Shown here piece by piece: positions 10,172-21,276 of a DNA stretch of 64,000 bases. The stretch comes from Pirellulales bacterium (lineage in GTDB: Bacteria; Planctomycetota; Planctomycetia; Pirellulales; PALSA-1355). Each line of letters starts with the position of its first letter. Within the stretch, counting starts at the first letter, position 1. A program made the position numbers and the translations under genes. Below the pieces are notes generated by a model that had not been told where the DNA came from, made no database searches, and was given only the letters and a program-made list of their open reading frames with translations. The stretch is taken from positions 19,120 through 83,119 of the forward strand of contig DATJEN010000143.1 in NCBI GenBank assembly GCA_035496575.1. Direction: 5' to 3'.

Positions 10172-10468
10172 CTACAGGACCTTCGCCAGGATATCGCTTT
10201 CGCGCAGAATCTTGACATCCTTGCCGGACACCTCGATATCGGTGCCGGAGTATTTGCCGTAGATGACCGTGTCGCCCACGGCTACCGAGAGCGTGCCGCG
10301 ACTGCCGTTGTCGAGCAACTTGCCGGGACCGATCGACACCACTTTGCCGCGTTGGGGCTTTTCCTTGGCGGTATCCGGCAACACGATGCCGCCCGCGGTG
10401 CGTTCTTCAGCCTCTTGCGGCTCCACAACGACGCGATCATCCAGCGGTCGCAAACGTACGTTGGCCAT
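10172..10468 (-). CDS. groES: Co-chaperonin GroES
   Basis: 98 aa. [49 protein letters not shown]… is a canonical Cpn10. Confidence 0.97.
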   Translation of the reverse strand: MANVRLRPLDDRVVVEPQEAEERTAGGIVLPDTAKEKPQRGKVVSIGPGKLLDNGSRGTLSVAVGDTVIYGKYSGTDIEVSGKDVKILRESDILAKVL

Positions 10469-10547
10469 TTCAGGGATCCTTCGTTCTTATGGGATGTGTT
10501 TCAGTTTGTATCGCAGTTAAGTAAATGTCTGTAAGTGTGCCGCAGGC

Positions 10548-12248
<1,701 letters not shown>

Positions 12249-12413
12249 TCCTCCTTTGTCTGGTCATCCGGCTCGTGCTGAGGCCCACAGGCCTGCTGGG
12301 TAAGCGCTCGAGATCGGCGAAGTTATTCGAAAAACTGGCTAAGGGGGTCGGTGCCTGCCCTCGGGATTGCATCGCCACAATGGCAGGCGGCTAGCCGCGC
12401 GCGGGGCAATTGA

Positions 12414-12430
12414 AGCAACGATTGTGCCAA
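12414..12430 (-). promoter_or_regulatory. Sigma-54 (-24/-12) type promoter motif upstream of groEL copy 2
   Basis: The minus strand reads CTTGGCACAATCGTTGCTT, that is TGGCAC-N5-TTGC with correct GG/GC spacing. It is intergenic, correctly oriented, and about 165 nt upstream of the ATG at 12248. Confidence 0.5.
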
Positions 12431-12584
12431 GAGTCACAATCCAGACATAAGCCATCTATTAGCAACGGCTTATCTCAAGAATTCGGTGCGGCACGAGCCG
12501 TTTCAGGTGAGGATGCCTTGCCATTTTGGCAGTGAGTCTCAAACGGCTCCGAGAGAACGCTCCACGTTCACCACGTTCAATCGG

Positions 12585-13115
12585 CTAAGAGCTTCGCCCC
12601 GAAGCGTTGTACAGCCATACATCGGCGGCCCGGCCAAACAGGGCTGGGTCGTCCACCTGACCAGTACGGCGAGCACCCAATTTTTCGGCAACCCGGGCTG
12701 ATGCGCCGTTGGCCGGATGAATAATGCTGCACACCTCGCTAACCCCGAGCGATTGAAAACACCAGCCGAGCGTGGCGCGGCCGGCCTCCGTGGCGATGCC
12801 GCGGCCCTGGTACGCCGGGTCGACAAGCCAGCCCACCTCGAGCATGGGCCACCCGAGCGGAAACCAAGGTCCGCTGCGGCCCAACAGCTTTCCGGTCGCG
12901 CGGTCTTCGATTGCCAGGATCGAGTAGCCGCGCAAAAGCTCGTGGCCCAAAAACGTGGCGATCTGCCGCCAAGTCGCGTTACGGTCCAAGGGGACGCCAT
13001 TGCCGATGTAGCGCATCAACTCGGGATCAGCGTTCAGCCGCGCGAGATCATCCAGGTCATCCTCGCGAAACGGGCGCAACAGCAGTCGAGGCGTTTCGAG
13101 CTGCAAGCGAGACAT
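12585..13115 (-). CDS. GNAT family N-acetyltransferase (RimJ/RimL-like)
   Basis: LETPRLLLRPFREDDLDDLARLNADPELMRYI…VDPAYQGRGIATEA…ANGASARVAEKLG. I chose the start at MSRLQLETPRL, which avoids overlapping the upstream gene. Confidence 0.85.
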   Translation of the reverse strand: MSRLQLETPRLLLRPFREDDLDDLARLNADPELMRYIGNGVPLDRNATWRQIATFLGHELLRGYSILAIEDRATGKLLGRSGPWFPLGWPMLEVGWLVDPAYQGRGIATEAGRATLGWCFQSLGVSEVCSIIHPANGASARVAEKLGARRTGQVDDPALFGRAADVWLYNASGRSS

Positions 13116-13128
13116 GCACGTTGCCCCC

Positions 13129-14187
13129 TCAAGGGGTGAACGATTCGTTCCCAGATAGGCGCGTGGCGAAGGCGGCCAACAGATCGGCGGCGCGATCGAT
13201 GTCGTCAAGCGCGATCATTTCGACAGGGCTGTGCATGTAGCGATTGGGGATGCTGACCAAAGCGGCCGCCACGCCGCCGCGGCTGGTTTGAATCGTGTTG
13301 GCGTCGGTGGGAGTCGCGCGGCCGCTGGCCGCCGCTTGAAAGGGAATTTGTTCGGCCTCGGCCGCGGCGAACAGCCGCTCAACTACGTGCGGATTCATGT
13401 TTGGGCCGCGGTAGATCACCGGGCCTTTGCCGAGCGCGACGTCGCCTTCTTGTTTTTTGTCGATCGTGGGGCAGTCGGTGGCATGCGTCACGTCGACGGC
13501 GATGCCCACTTGCGGTTGCACGCCATAGGTGCTCGTGGTCGCGCCGCGCAATCCGATCTCTTCTTGCACGGTGGACACCGCAAACAGGGCGCAGTTGAGC
13601 GAGCGAGCACTGGCGCGCCGCAGCGCCTCGACGACGACCCACAGCCCGCACTTGTCATCCATGGCCGGCGAGCTGGCAAAACCGTTCAGCATCTGCCGCA
13701 TGCCGAGTTCGAGCGTGACCGGATCGCCGACTCGGACAAGCTCGGCGGCTTCGGCTTTATCGAGGGCGCCGATATCGAGCCACAGATCCTTGAGCTTCGG
13801 CACCTGCTTGCGTTCTTCGTCCGTGAGCAGGTGGATCGGCTTGCGCGCGATCGCCCCGAAGACCGGCCCCTTCGACGTCCAGACTGTCATCTTCTGCCCG
13901 ACGAGCACGATGGGATCCCAACCGCCGATCGGTTGCACGTACAAGAATCCTTCGGGATCGATGTACTGAACGAGAAAGCCAATCTGATCGCAATGGCCGG
14001 CCAGCAGCACGCGCAAGGGCGCATCGGGATTGCGGGCCATGATCACGTTTCCGTGCAGATCGGTCGTGATCTTGTCGGCAAAATCAGCGGCGTATTCGCG
14101 AACAATCTTTTGGATGGGCTGTTCGAAGCCCGAGGGACTGGGCGTTTCCAGCAGTCGACGCAGAAAATCGAGCGATTCGGGACGCAT
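13129..14187 (-). CDS. M42 family metallopeptidase (glutamyl aminopeptidase/CelM-like)
   Basis: …LLETPSPSGFEQP…LLAGHCDQIGFLVQYIDPEGFLYVQPIGGWDP…DDKCGLWVV…VQEEIGLRGA… are M42 hallmarks. I prefer the start at MRPESLDFLRRL. Confidence 0.85.
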   Translation of the reverse strand: MRPESLDFLRRLLETPSPSGFEQPIQKIVREYAADFADKITTDLHGNVIMARNPDAPLRVLLAGHCDQIGFLVQYIDPEGFLYVQPIGGWDPIVLVGQKMTVWTSKGPVFGAIARKPIHLLTDEERKQVPKLKDLWLDIGALDKAEAAELVRVGDPVTLELGMRQMLNGFASSPAMDDKCGLWVVVEALRRASARSLNCALFAVSTVQEEIGLRGATTSTYGVQPQVGIAVDVTHATDCPTIDKKQEGDVALGKGPVIYRGPNMNPHVVERLFAAAEAEQIPFQAAASGRATPTDANTIQTSRGGVAAALVSIPNRYMHSPVEMIALDDIDRAADLLAAFATRLSGNESFTP

Positions 14188-14292
14188 GCGGGCGAGCTCT
14201 GGCAGATTGAAAAGATAGGAGCCGGAGCGACGCAATGTATCGCGCTCGGCTAAGCGGTCGCAAGCGGCCTTACAATTCAGCGGCTGTGCGCA

Positions 14293-14329
14293 AATAAAAA
14301 ACGCCGGCCTGAGTCAGCCGGCGTTTTGC
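14293..14329 (-). terminator. Rho-independent terminator after the PEP-CTERM gene
   Basis: The minus strand reads AACGCCGGC-tgactcag-GCCGGCGTT followed by TTTTTATTTG. The stem is a perfect 9 bp. Confidence 0.75.
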
Positions 14330-14354
14330 TTGGTCGTTAGAAAACCGCTTGCGT

Positions 14355-15146
14355 CTACTTACGTCGGCGGATGTGCCACACCAGGCCGAGAATGCTCAAG
14401 GCGCCCAACACGAAAGTCGACGGCTCGGGCACAGTCTCGATTTGCGCAAGCCCATTCAAAGTGGCGGTGTCGCCGCCACCGCTGAGTATAAACCCGACCG
14501 TCATGTCGAGCGTGCTCCAAGGGCCTGCAGGTCCAGGCTGCGGCCCTGCATTGTAGGGGCCGAGCGGGTAGGTCGTCGGAGGCGCTGCGGCATGCGCATT
14601 AGCCAGCCCAACATCGACGCCCATGTTCGTGGTAGGGAGACCCACTGTGTTGACTTGCAATTCCGGAAATCCATCGCCGTCAGGATCGCCCAGCGTCGGC
14701 GTGATCGAAACACCATTGCCCGTGAAATCGCCCAAGCTACCTGAAACAGACGCGTTAACGGTCGTTGGACCAGGTCCTAAGGCAATGGGCGTCGAGAAGA
14801 AGAACCCAAACGTGCTGGGAGCGCCGAAGTCGGTGACCGTGATCCCATAAGAAGAGATGGGATCGGGATCCATCGCGCCGCTGATCTGGATTTTGTAGTC
14901 CGCGGTCTGAACACTCCAGCCAGTGAAATTCTGCTTTGAAGAATCCCACGAGCCTATGCCGAAGAGGCCATCGGGGTTGGAGCCCACCGGCACATCGTAG
15001 CTGGTGCCGTCAACTGAGGCCGAAGCTATTGCTGCAACCACGGTCGCACTTGCCGGAGCAGCTACTACCGCGACAAGAAGCGCGGCAATCGAAAACCGCA
15101 ATAACCCACTGCGGAATAATTCAGATGAGACGATCATCGACTTCAT
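14355..15146 (-). CDS. PEP-CTERM sorting-domain secreted protein
   Basis: The C-terminus …VPEPSTFVLGALSILGLVWHIRRRK has the PEP motif, a TM segment and a basic tail. The N-terminal signal peptide is MKSMIVSS…AAPASA. The start is ambiguous (15146-15188). Confidence 0.8.
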   Translation of the reverse strand: MKSMIVSSELFRSGLLRFSIAALLVAVVAAPASATVVAAIASASVDGTSYDVPVGSNPDGLFGIGSWDSSKQNFTGWSVQTADYKIQISGAMDPDPISSYGITVTDFGAPSTFGFFFSTPIALGPGPTTVNASVSGSLGDFTGNGVSITPTLGDPDGDGFPELQVNTVGLPTTNMGVDVGLANAHAAAPPTTYPLGPYNAGPQPGPAGPWSTLDMTVGFILSGGGDTATLNGLAQIETVPEPSTFVLGALSILGLVWHIRRRK

Positions 15147-15234
15147 GAGCATACTCAACGGGATAGATTTTCTCGGCTGGAAGCACACAGCTTCAGCCTG
15201 CTACTGTAACATTCGGAAATAAGATTACAAGAGA

Positions 15235-15248
15235 ATTTTCCGGAAAAT
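15235..15248. promoter_or_regulatory. Perfect 14-bp palindrome ATTTTCCGGAAAAT in the divergent PEP-CTERM/hom spacer
   Basis: Read directly. TTGACT follows immediately. It is a candidate operator. No binding protein is known. Confidence 0.3.
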
Positions 15249-15408
15249 ATTGACTCATCGTGACCGAGACCCGTTCGTGGCTGGCTGGCTCCAGCCATCC
15301 GGGGTAGGACGGCGAACCAGCAGCATTGAGAGCCGCTCCTCATTCTTGACGCTCAACTCCGCCCCAACCTACGATGGGCGATTCTCTTGTCTCACTGCAG
15401 TTCCCCGC

Positions 15409-16707
15409 ATGACTACCACGAAAGTCGCCCTGGTCGGCCTCGGTACGGTCGGCACCGGCGTAGCCCGCCTGCTGCTCGAAAAAGGCGATCGGATCGCCCG
15501 TCAGGCCGGCCAGCGGGTCGAACTAGCGGCCGTGGTGGTCAGTGACCCCGGAAAAACCCGGCAAGTCGCGGTTCCCGCCGGTCTCGTCGGAGACCAGCTC
15601 TCCAGGATCACGGCCGATCGGGACATCAAAATCGTGGCGGTGCTGGTCGGCGGCCTGGAACCGGCCCGCTCGATCGCTCTCGAATTGCTTGCGGCGGGAA
15701 AAGACCTGGTTACCGCCAACAAGGCCTTACTGGCAGCCCATGGAGCCGAGCTGTTCGATAGGGCCCGGGAGCTAGGGCGCTCGATTGCCTTCGAGGCGGC
15801 CGTGGCCGGCGGGATTCCGATCATCGCCAACATCAGCCAATGCCTGTCGGCCAACCAGATTCAGTCGATTCACGCGATTCTGAATGGCACTAGCAACTAC
15901 ATCCTGACGCAAATGGAAGCGCACGGCGCATCCTATGCCGACGCCGTCAAGGAAGCACAGCGGCTGGGCTATGCCGAGGCCGACCCTGCCATGGACGTCG
16001 ACGGCAGCGATGCGGCGCAAAAGCTGGCGATCCTGGCGCACCTGGCCTTCGGAGCGCGGGTGGACTGGACCGCCATCCCCCGGCAAGGCATCGATTTTTT
16101 GGAAACCGCCGACCTGCGCTACGCCAAGGAGTTAGGCTATCGCATCAAGCTGCTGGCCGTCGGCCAACTGACGCCCGCGGGGCTTGAGTTGCACGTGTCG
16201 CCGACCCTGGTCAAGCTCGCCAGCCCCTTGGCGGAAGTTCGCGGCGCGTACAACGCGATCAGCGTGGTGGGGGACGCGGTGGGGCGCGTGTTTTTCTCGG
16301 GGCTCGGCGCCGGCCAAATGCCGACCGCCTCGGCCGTCGTCTCCGACTTGATCGATACCGTGGTCGGCCGATCGGCCATCACGTTCCGCACGCTCAAGCT
16401 GTGGTCCGACCGAGCGGCCGCGGTGTCGATGCGCGACTATCGCGACGTAGCCGGACGTTATTACTTGCGATTCAGCGTCGAGGATCGGCCCAGCGTGTTG
16501 GCAGAGATTGCCGGGATGTTGGGGCAGCAAGCCATTTCGATCGCCTCGGTCATTCAGCATGAAGCCGAGGAGGAGGGCAGGGGCGTTGTTCCACTTGTCA
16601 TCATGACACACAATACGACCGAAGGAGCCATCTGCCGCGCCGTGCAGGCGATCGACGCGCGGCCGTTCATGCGCGGACGTAGCGTGCGGATGCGCGTGCG
16701 CGATTAG
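15409..16707 (+). CDS. hom: Homoserine dehydrogenase
   Basis: MTTTKVALVGLGTVGTGVARLL (NAD-binding fold), …NGTSNYILTQM…EADPAMDVDGSDAAQKLAILA…, and a C-terminal ACT-like region. I prefer the ATG at 15409 to the track start at 15250. Confidence 0.93.
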   Translation: MTTTKVALVGLGTVGTGVARLLLEKGDRIARQAGQRVELAAVVVSDPGKTRQVAVPAGLVGDQLSRITADRDIKIVAVLVGGLEPARSIALELLAAGKDLVTANKALLAAHGAELFDRARELGRSIAFEAAVAGGIPIIANISQCLSANQIQSIHAILNGTSNYILTQMEAHGASYADAVKEAQRLGYAEADPAMDVDGSDAAQKLAILAHLAFGARVDWTAIPRQGIDFLETADLRYAKELGYRIKLLAVGQLTPAGLELHVSPTLVKLASPLAEVRGAYNAISVVGDAVGRVFFSGLGAGQMPTASAVVSDLIDTVVGRSAITFRTLKLWSDRAAAVSMRDYRDVAGRYYLRFSVEDRPSVLAEIAGMLGQQAISIASVIQHEAEEEGRGVVPLVIMTHNTTEGAICRAVQAIDARPFMRGRSVRMRVRD

Positions 16708-16745
16708 GGCTTCCCCGTGCCGCGAAGCCTCGACCGCGAGTTGTC

Positions 16746-17957
16746 ATGATGAAATACGCTCTAGTCATTCCCGATGGCTGTGCCGACGAGCCGCAAGAGT
16801 CGTTGGCCGGCAAAACGCCTCTCGAGGCCGCCGCCATCCCCGCCATGGATGCCGTCGCAACCGCCGGCATCGTCGGCCGCGCAAACCATGTGCCGGCCGA
16901 TCTGCCAGCCGGATCGGACGTGGCTAACTTGAGCTTGTTGGGCTATGACCCTCATCAATACTTTACGGGGCGGGCGCCGCTCGAAGCCGCCGCTCAAGGC
17001 ATTAAGCTTGGCCCTTACGATTGCGCGATTCGCTGCAACCTGGTCACGATCGAAGACCAGGTGATGCGCGACTTCACGGCCGACCACATCTCAACGCAGG
17101 AAGCCACCGAACTGCTGGCCGCGCTGCAAACCCAAATCGGCCGACCGCAGCTCGAGTTCATTCCCGGCGTCAGCTATCGCAACTTGCTCATCTATCGCGG
17201 AACGGCCGAAAACCCGCCACCCTTCACGTCAGACACGCGTGCCACGCCGCCGCACGACCTGACCGACAACTCGGTACTGGACGATTATCCGCGCGGGCCC
17301 GGCAGCGACTTGCTCAACCAATTGATGAGCGAAAGCTTGGGCGTATTTGCCGGCCATCCGGCCAACCAGGCGCGTAAGAGCCAGGGCAAGCTTCCGGCGA
17401 CGAATGTTTGGCTGTGGGGATTGGGAAGAACCCCGGCCGTGCCGCCCTTTGGCGAGCTGTATGGCGTGCGCGGGGCGATGATCACGGCGGTCGACTTGTT
17501 GCGCGGCCTGGCCGGCCTCATCGGCTGGCAAACGATCGAAGTGCCTGGCGCGACCGGATACCTGGACACCGACTATGCGGCCAAGGGCCGCGCGGCGGTT
17601 GCGGCGCTTGCCGACACCGACTTCGTATGCGTCCACGTCGAAGCGCCGGACGAGGCATCGCACGAAGGAAACGCGGCCGCCAAGATCAAGGCGCTCGAAG
17701 AAATCGACCGCCACATTGTCGCGCCCCTGCGCGCGGCCTTGGAGGGCTACGGCGAGTTTCGCCTGATGGTCAGCCCCGACCATCCAACCCCGCTTCGCAC
17801 GAAAACGCACAGCCACGGCGCGGTTCCCTTTGCCATGTGTGGGCGCGGCATCACGCCGGATGGCTCGACGAGCTATTGCGAACCAGCGGCCAGCCGCTCG
17901 CAAGTGTCGTTTGACGAAGGCTGGAAGCTGATGCGGTTTTTTCTGGGGCGGGACTGA
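16746..17957 (+). CDS. Cofactor-independent phosphoglycerate-mutase-like protein; probably the 'proposed homoserine kinase' clade
   Basis: MKYALVIPDGCADEP…PAGSDVANLSLLGYDP…FVCVHVEAPDEASHEGN…SPDHPTP…HSHGAVPF shows the alkaline-phosphatase-superfamily apgM-type motifs. The gene sits between hom and lysC. Confidence 0.8.
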   Translation: MMKYALVIPDGCADEPQESLAGKTPLEAAAIPAMDAVATAGIVGRANHVPADLPAGSDVANLSLLGYDPHQYFTGRAPLEAAAQGIKLGPYDCAIRCNLVTIEDQVMRDFTADHISTQEATELLAALQTQIGRPQLEFIPGVSYRNLLIYRGTAENPPPFTSDTRATPPHDLTDNSVLDDYPRGPGSDLLNQLMSESLGVFAGHPANQARKSQGKLPATNVWLWGLGRTPAVPPFGELYGVRGAMITAVDLLRGLAGLIGWQTIEVPGATGYLDTDYAAKGRAAVAALADTDFVCVHVEAPDEASHEGNAAAKIKALEEIDRHIVAPLRAALEGYGEFRLMVSPDHPTPLRTKTHSHGAVPFAMCGRGITPDGSTSYCEPAASRSQVSFDEGWKLMRFFLGRD

Positions 17958-17997
17958 GTCCGGGTTTTTATATCGCAGCTTGAGGAACTCGAATCGC

Positions 17998-19770
17998 ATG
18001 CCATTGATCGTGCAAAAGTTTGGCGGCACCAGCGTCGCTGACAGCCAGAAAATTCTGGCAGCCGCCCGCAAAGCCGTCCGCGCGCAGCAGGAGGGCAGCC
18101 AGGTCGTGATGGTCGTCAGTGCCATGGGCCACAACACCGACCTGTTGATCGACCTGGCCAATCAGATTACCGACCACCCCCCCGCGCGCGAGATGGACAT
18201 GCTGCTGTCGACCGGCGAACAAGTGAGCGTGGCGCTGATGGCGATGGCCATCCATTCGCTGGGCCACGAGGCGATCAGCCTCACCGGCGCTCAGATCGGC
18301 ATCAAAACCGACAGCACGCATACCAAGGCCCGCATCCAGTCGATCTCCACCGATCGCATGCGGCGGGCGCTGGACGAAGGCAAGATCGTCATCGCCGCCG
18401 GCTTCCAAGGCATCGACGAAGATTTCAACATCACGACCCTGGGCCGCGGGGGCAGCGACACCACGGCGGTGGCGCTGGCCGCGGTGCTCGAAGCGGACGC
18501 CTGCGAGATCTTTACCGACGTGGATGGAGTCTACACGACCGATCCGCGCCTGCTGCCCGAAGCACGCCACATCCCGCGCGTCAGCTATGACGAGATGCTC
18601 GAGCTGGCGAGCTTGGGGGCGGGCGTGATGCACAATCGCTCGATCGAGTTCGCCAAGAAATTCGACGTGCCCATCCACGTGCGCTCGAGCTTCAGCGACA
18701 TGCCCGGCACGGTGATCACGGCCGAGCCGGAAGCCGCGGACCAAGCGGTGGGCGGAGCGGCATTGGCAAAGAATGAAGCCCGGGTGACGATTCTAGGCGT
18801 GCCGGACAAACCCGGGACTAGCCTGGCGATCTTTTCAAAAATCGCGGCGCAGGCGGTGTCGGTCGACATGATCGTGCAGAACGTGGGGGACGACGGGATC
18901 GCCGACGTGTCCTTCACGGTGTTGTCCGACGATTTGCGCGTGACCCTTAAGGCGGCCGAGGAAGCCTCGCGCGAGCTGGGCGCCGAAGGAGTCGCCCATG
19001 ATGACCTGGTGGCCAAAATCTCCGTGGTGGGACTGGGAATGGCCAGGCAGACCGGCGTGGCGCGGCGCATGTTTCGCGCGCTGGCCGAGGCCAACTGCAA
19101 CATCCTGATGATCACAACCAGCGAAATCAAAATATCGGTGCTGGTTGCCCGCAACGAAGCGGCTTCGGCGCTGCGATCGGTGCACCAGGCGTTTGGATTG
19201 GACCGTCCGCCGGCCGGCGAGCCCGGCCCGCAGCCACAGGCGCGGCGCGGCAAGCGCGACGCGGTGGCGGTGGTGGCGCGCCTGCAAAAGATGGAAGAGC
19301 TGACGATCGATGACATCGAGCTGGACGACACGCAGGCGCGACTGACCATCAGCAGCGTCGCGGACCAACCCGGCATTGCGGCGGCCGTGTTCGAAGCCGT
19401 CGCCGACGGCGGTATCTTCGTCGACATGATCGTGCAGAGCTATGGGCGCGAAGGCAAAGCCAAGCTCAGCTTCACGGTCCCGCAGCAGCAATATAGAGCC
19501 TGCCACGATTTGCTGACGGGACTCGTCGATCGGCTGCATTGCGGGCCGATCTCGGGCAGCCCGCGGGTCGCCAAGTTGTCGGTCTCCGGGATTGGGCTGC
19601 GCAGCCACACGCAGGTCGCCATTCGCACCTTCCGTTGCCTGGCCGAGTCGGGTATCAACGTCGACATGATCAGCACCAGCGAAGTGCGCGTGAATGTCGT
19701 CGTCGACGGCGCGCACGGCAAGCGCGCTTTGACGTGCTTGCAGAAGGTGTTCGCCGACGCTCGGCAATAA
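17998..19770 (+). CDS. lysC: Aspartate kinase with duplicated regulatory region (four ACT domains)
   Basis: MPLIVQKFGGTSVADS…GRGGSDTTAVALA…, followed by two successive ACT pairs (…VTILGVPDKPGTS…/…ISVVGLGM… and …LTISSVADQPGIA…/…LSVSGIGLRSH…). Confidence 0.93.
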   Translation: MPLIVQKFGGTSVADSQKILAAARKAVRAQQEGSQVVMVVSAMGHNTDLLIDLANQITDHPPAREMDMLLSTGEQVSVALMAMAIHSLGHEAISLTGAQIGIKTDSTHTKARIQSISTDRMRRALDEGKIVIAAGFQGIDEDFNITTLGRGGSDTTAVALAAVLEADACEIFTDVDGVYTTDPRLLPEARHIPRVSYDEMLELASLGAGVMHNRSIEFAKKFDVPIHVRSSFSDMPGTVITAEPEAADQAVGGAALAKNEARVTILGVPDKPGTSLAIFSKIAAQAVSVDMIVQNVGDDGIADVSFTVLSDDLRVTLKAAEEASRELGAEGVAHDDLVAKISVVGLGMARQTGVARRMFRALAEANCNILMITTSEIKISVLVARNEAASALRSVHQAFGLDRPPAGEPGPQPQARRGKRDAVAVVARLQKMEELTIDDIELDDTQARLTISSVADQPGIAAAVFEAVADGGIFVDMIVQSYGREGKAKLSFTVPQQQYRACHDLLTGLVDRLHCGPISGSPRVAKLSVSGIGLRSHTQVAIRTFRCLAESGINVDMISTSEVRVNVVVDGAHGKRALTCLQKVFADARQ

Positions 19771-19778
19771 GGTCGAAC

Positions 19779-21089
19779 CTAGTCCGGCTTACTCCGCGGC
19801 AGCGGGACGTCGCGGAAGACGAGCTCCACCTCGCGCCGAGCTCGCAAACGCGGATAGTGCAGCCGAATGGAAGCCGGCGCACTGTCGTGCGACTCGCCCA
19901 GGAACGTCAGTTTGAGCTGCACCCCGCGATCGGTCAGCGCATAGGCTTGCCCCTGGGCACGAAAGGGGTGGCCGGCGGCATCGATCAATTCGGCTTCGTA
20001 TTCCTGGAACAAAATCTCGTGCGGCTCGGGCAAGGCCATATCGCGAATGACGGTCAAGTTCAGCAGGTACTTGGACGGTGATTGCCGTTCCAGCGAATCG
20101 ACGCGGACCGCGAGGTCGTCCTGAGCGTACGTGCGGCCGGGTACGGGTGTTTCAATCGCCAGGGTGGTCGGCTTTCCCACGGCCACCAGGCTCCACTTGA
20201 TCGCGAGCACGTCGAGCGATTCGGCGGTGACGCTGATCGGATTGAGTTTCAAAGTTGCCGTGAACTGCCGCAGACCCTTGGTCGTCGCATTCCAAGCATT
20301 GCCGCCCGGCTGAGCCGACGACACGCGCACGCCATGGTTCGTCACCGCTTCGACAAGCTCCGGCTGCACGCAATAACCAACCAGCCGGAAGCGGTCCTCC
20401 CAGGTCAGTTGCAAGCCAAATTGAAAACTGTGGGCCAGCTCGGCCTTGCCGTCTTCGTACGAAAGGTCCTCCACGAACAGTCGCCGGGCCGACGTGATTT
20501 GCGCCCGCAAGGGTCCGCCATAGGCGCGCGGAAACTCACCGGGCTCGCCCGCACTCGCCACGACACCGGGAGTATGCATGTCGTAATGCGGACGCACGCG
20601 ATTGACACTTCGGCTGCACACGTCGTCGATGGCTTCCCAGTAGGTCCAGCCGCGATACTCCACGTCGAGCGGTTTATCGGAAAAATTGCCGTACGGATCA
20701 CCAACGTGGACGTGATTGCCGGCTTGATTGGCAAGCGCCAGCAGGATCTTCGAGGCCGGCTCGCCGCGCGAGACCAGATCGACGCGGCCAGGCGACCAGA
20801 TCTCTTCGAGCTCGATGCGTTCGAGCAATCGCGAAGCCCGCAGCCGCACCTCGACGTCCGAACTCTCGAGTGCTTGCTCCAGCTCCGCGCGCGTCTCGTT
20901 GCCCAATCGCAGCAACTGGTCTTCAGCCGCCTGGCGCTCGACAAAACTGCCGGAACCCAAGTCGCGCACCAGCCGGGCCACGCGCAGCTCGCCGCGCGCA
21001 GGCTCCTCGCCATGAGCCAAGGAACCTAGCACAAGTGACAGGAGAGTTAAGATCAGCGAACGACTAGCGGACGTAAATTTCCCATCCAT
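19779..21089 (-). CDS. Hypothetical secreted protein
   Basis: Signal peptide MDGKFTSASRSLILTLLSLVLGSLAHG, an N-terminal helical-repeat-like region, then a beta-rich remainder. No family recognised. The track ORF starts upstream at 21248. Confidence 0.65.
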   Translation of the reverse strand: MDGKFTSASRSLILTLLSLVLGSLAHGEEPARGELRVARLVRDLGSGSFVERQAAEDQLLRLGNETRAELEQALESSDVEVRLRASRLLERIELEEIWSPGRVDLVSRGEPASKILLALANQAGNHVHVGDPYGNFSDKPLDVEYRGWTYWEAIDDVCSRSVNRVRPHYDMHTPGVVASAGEPGEFPRAYGGPLRAQITSARRLFVEDLSYEDGKAELAHSFQFGLQLTWEDRFRLVGYCVQPELVEAVTNHGVRVSSAQPGGNAWNATTKGLRQFTATLKLNPISVTAESLDVLAIKWSLVAVGKPTTLAIETPVPGRTYAQDDLAVRVDSLERQSPSKYLLNLTVIRDMALPEPHEILFQEYEAELIDAAGHPFRAQGQAYALTDRGVQLKLTFLGESHDSAPASIRLHYPRLRARREVELVFRDVPLPRSKPD

Positions 21090-21276
21090 GGTGACGTCCT
21101 CCGCGGCAGGTGGCGAAACGCCTGGTTCGGGCTTCTTGCCTCGAAGGCGTCTCGCTGCGCACGATCGTAATCGGCGTGGTATCCTGGCCAGGCATGTGGC
21201 CTGACTTCGCCAGCGCAAGCGGTTGCCGCGCGGCGAAAAGCGAGGCAAACGTTAAAGAAGTCCGCTAGCTGGGTCA

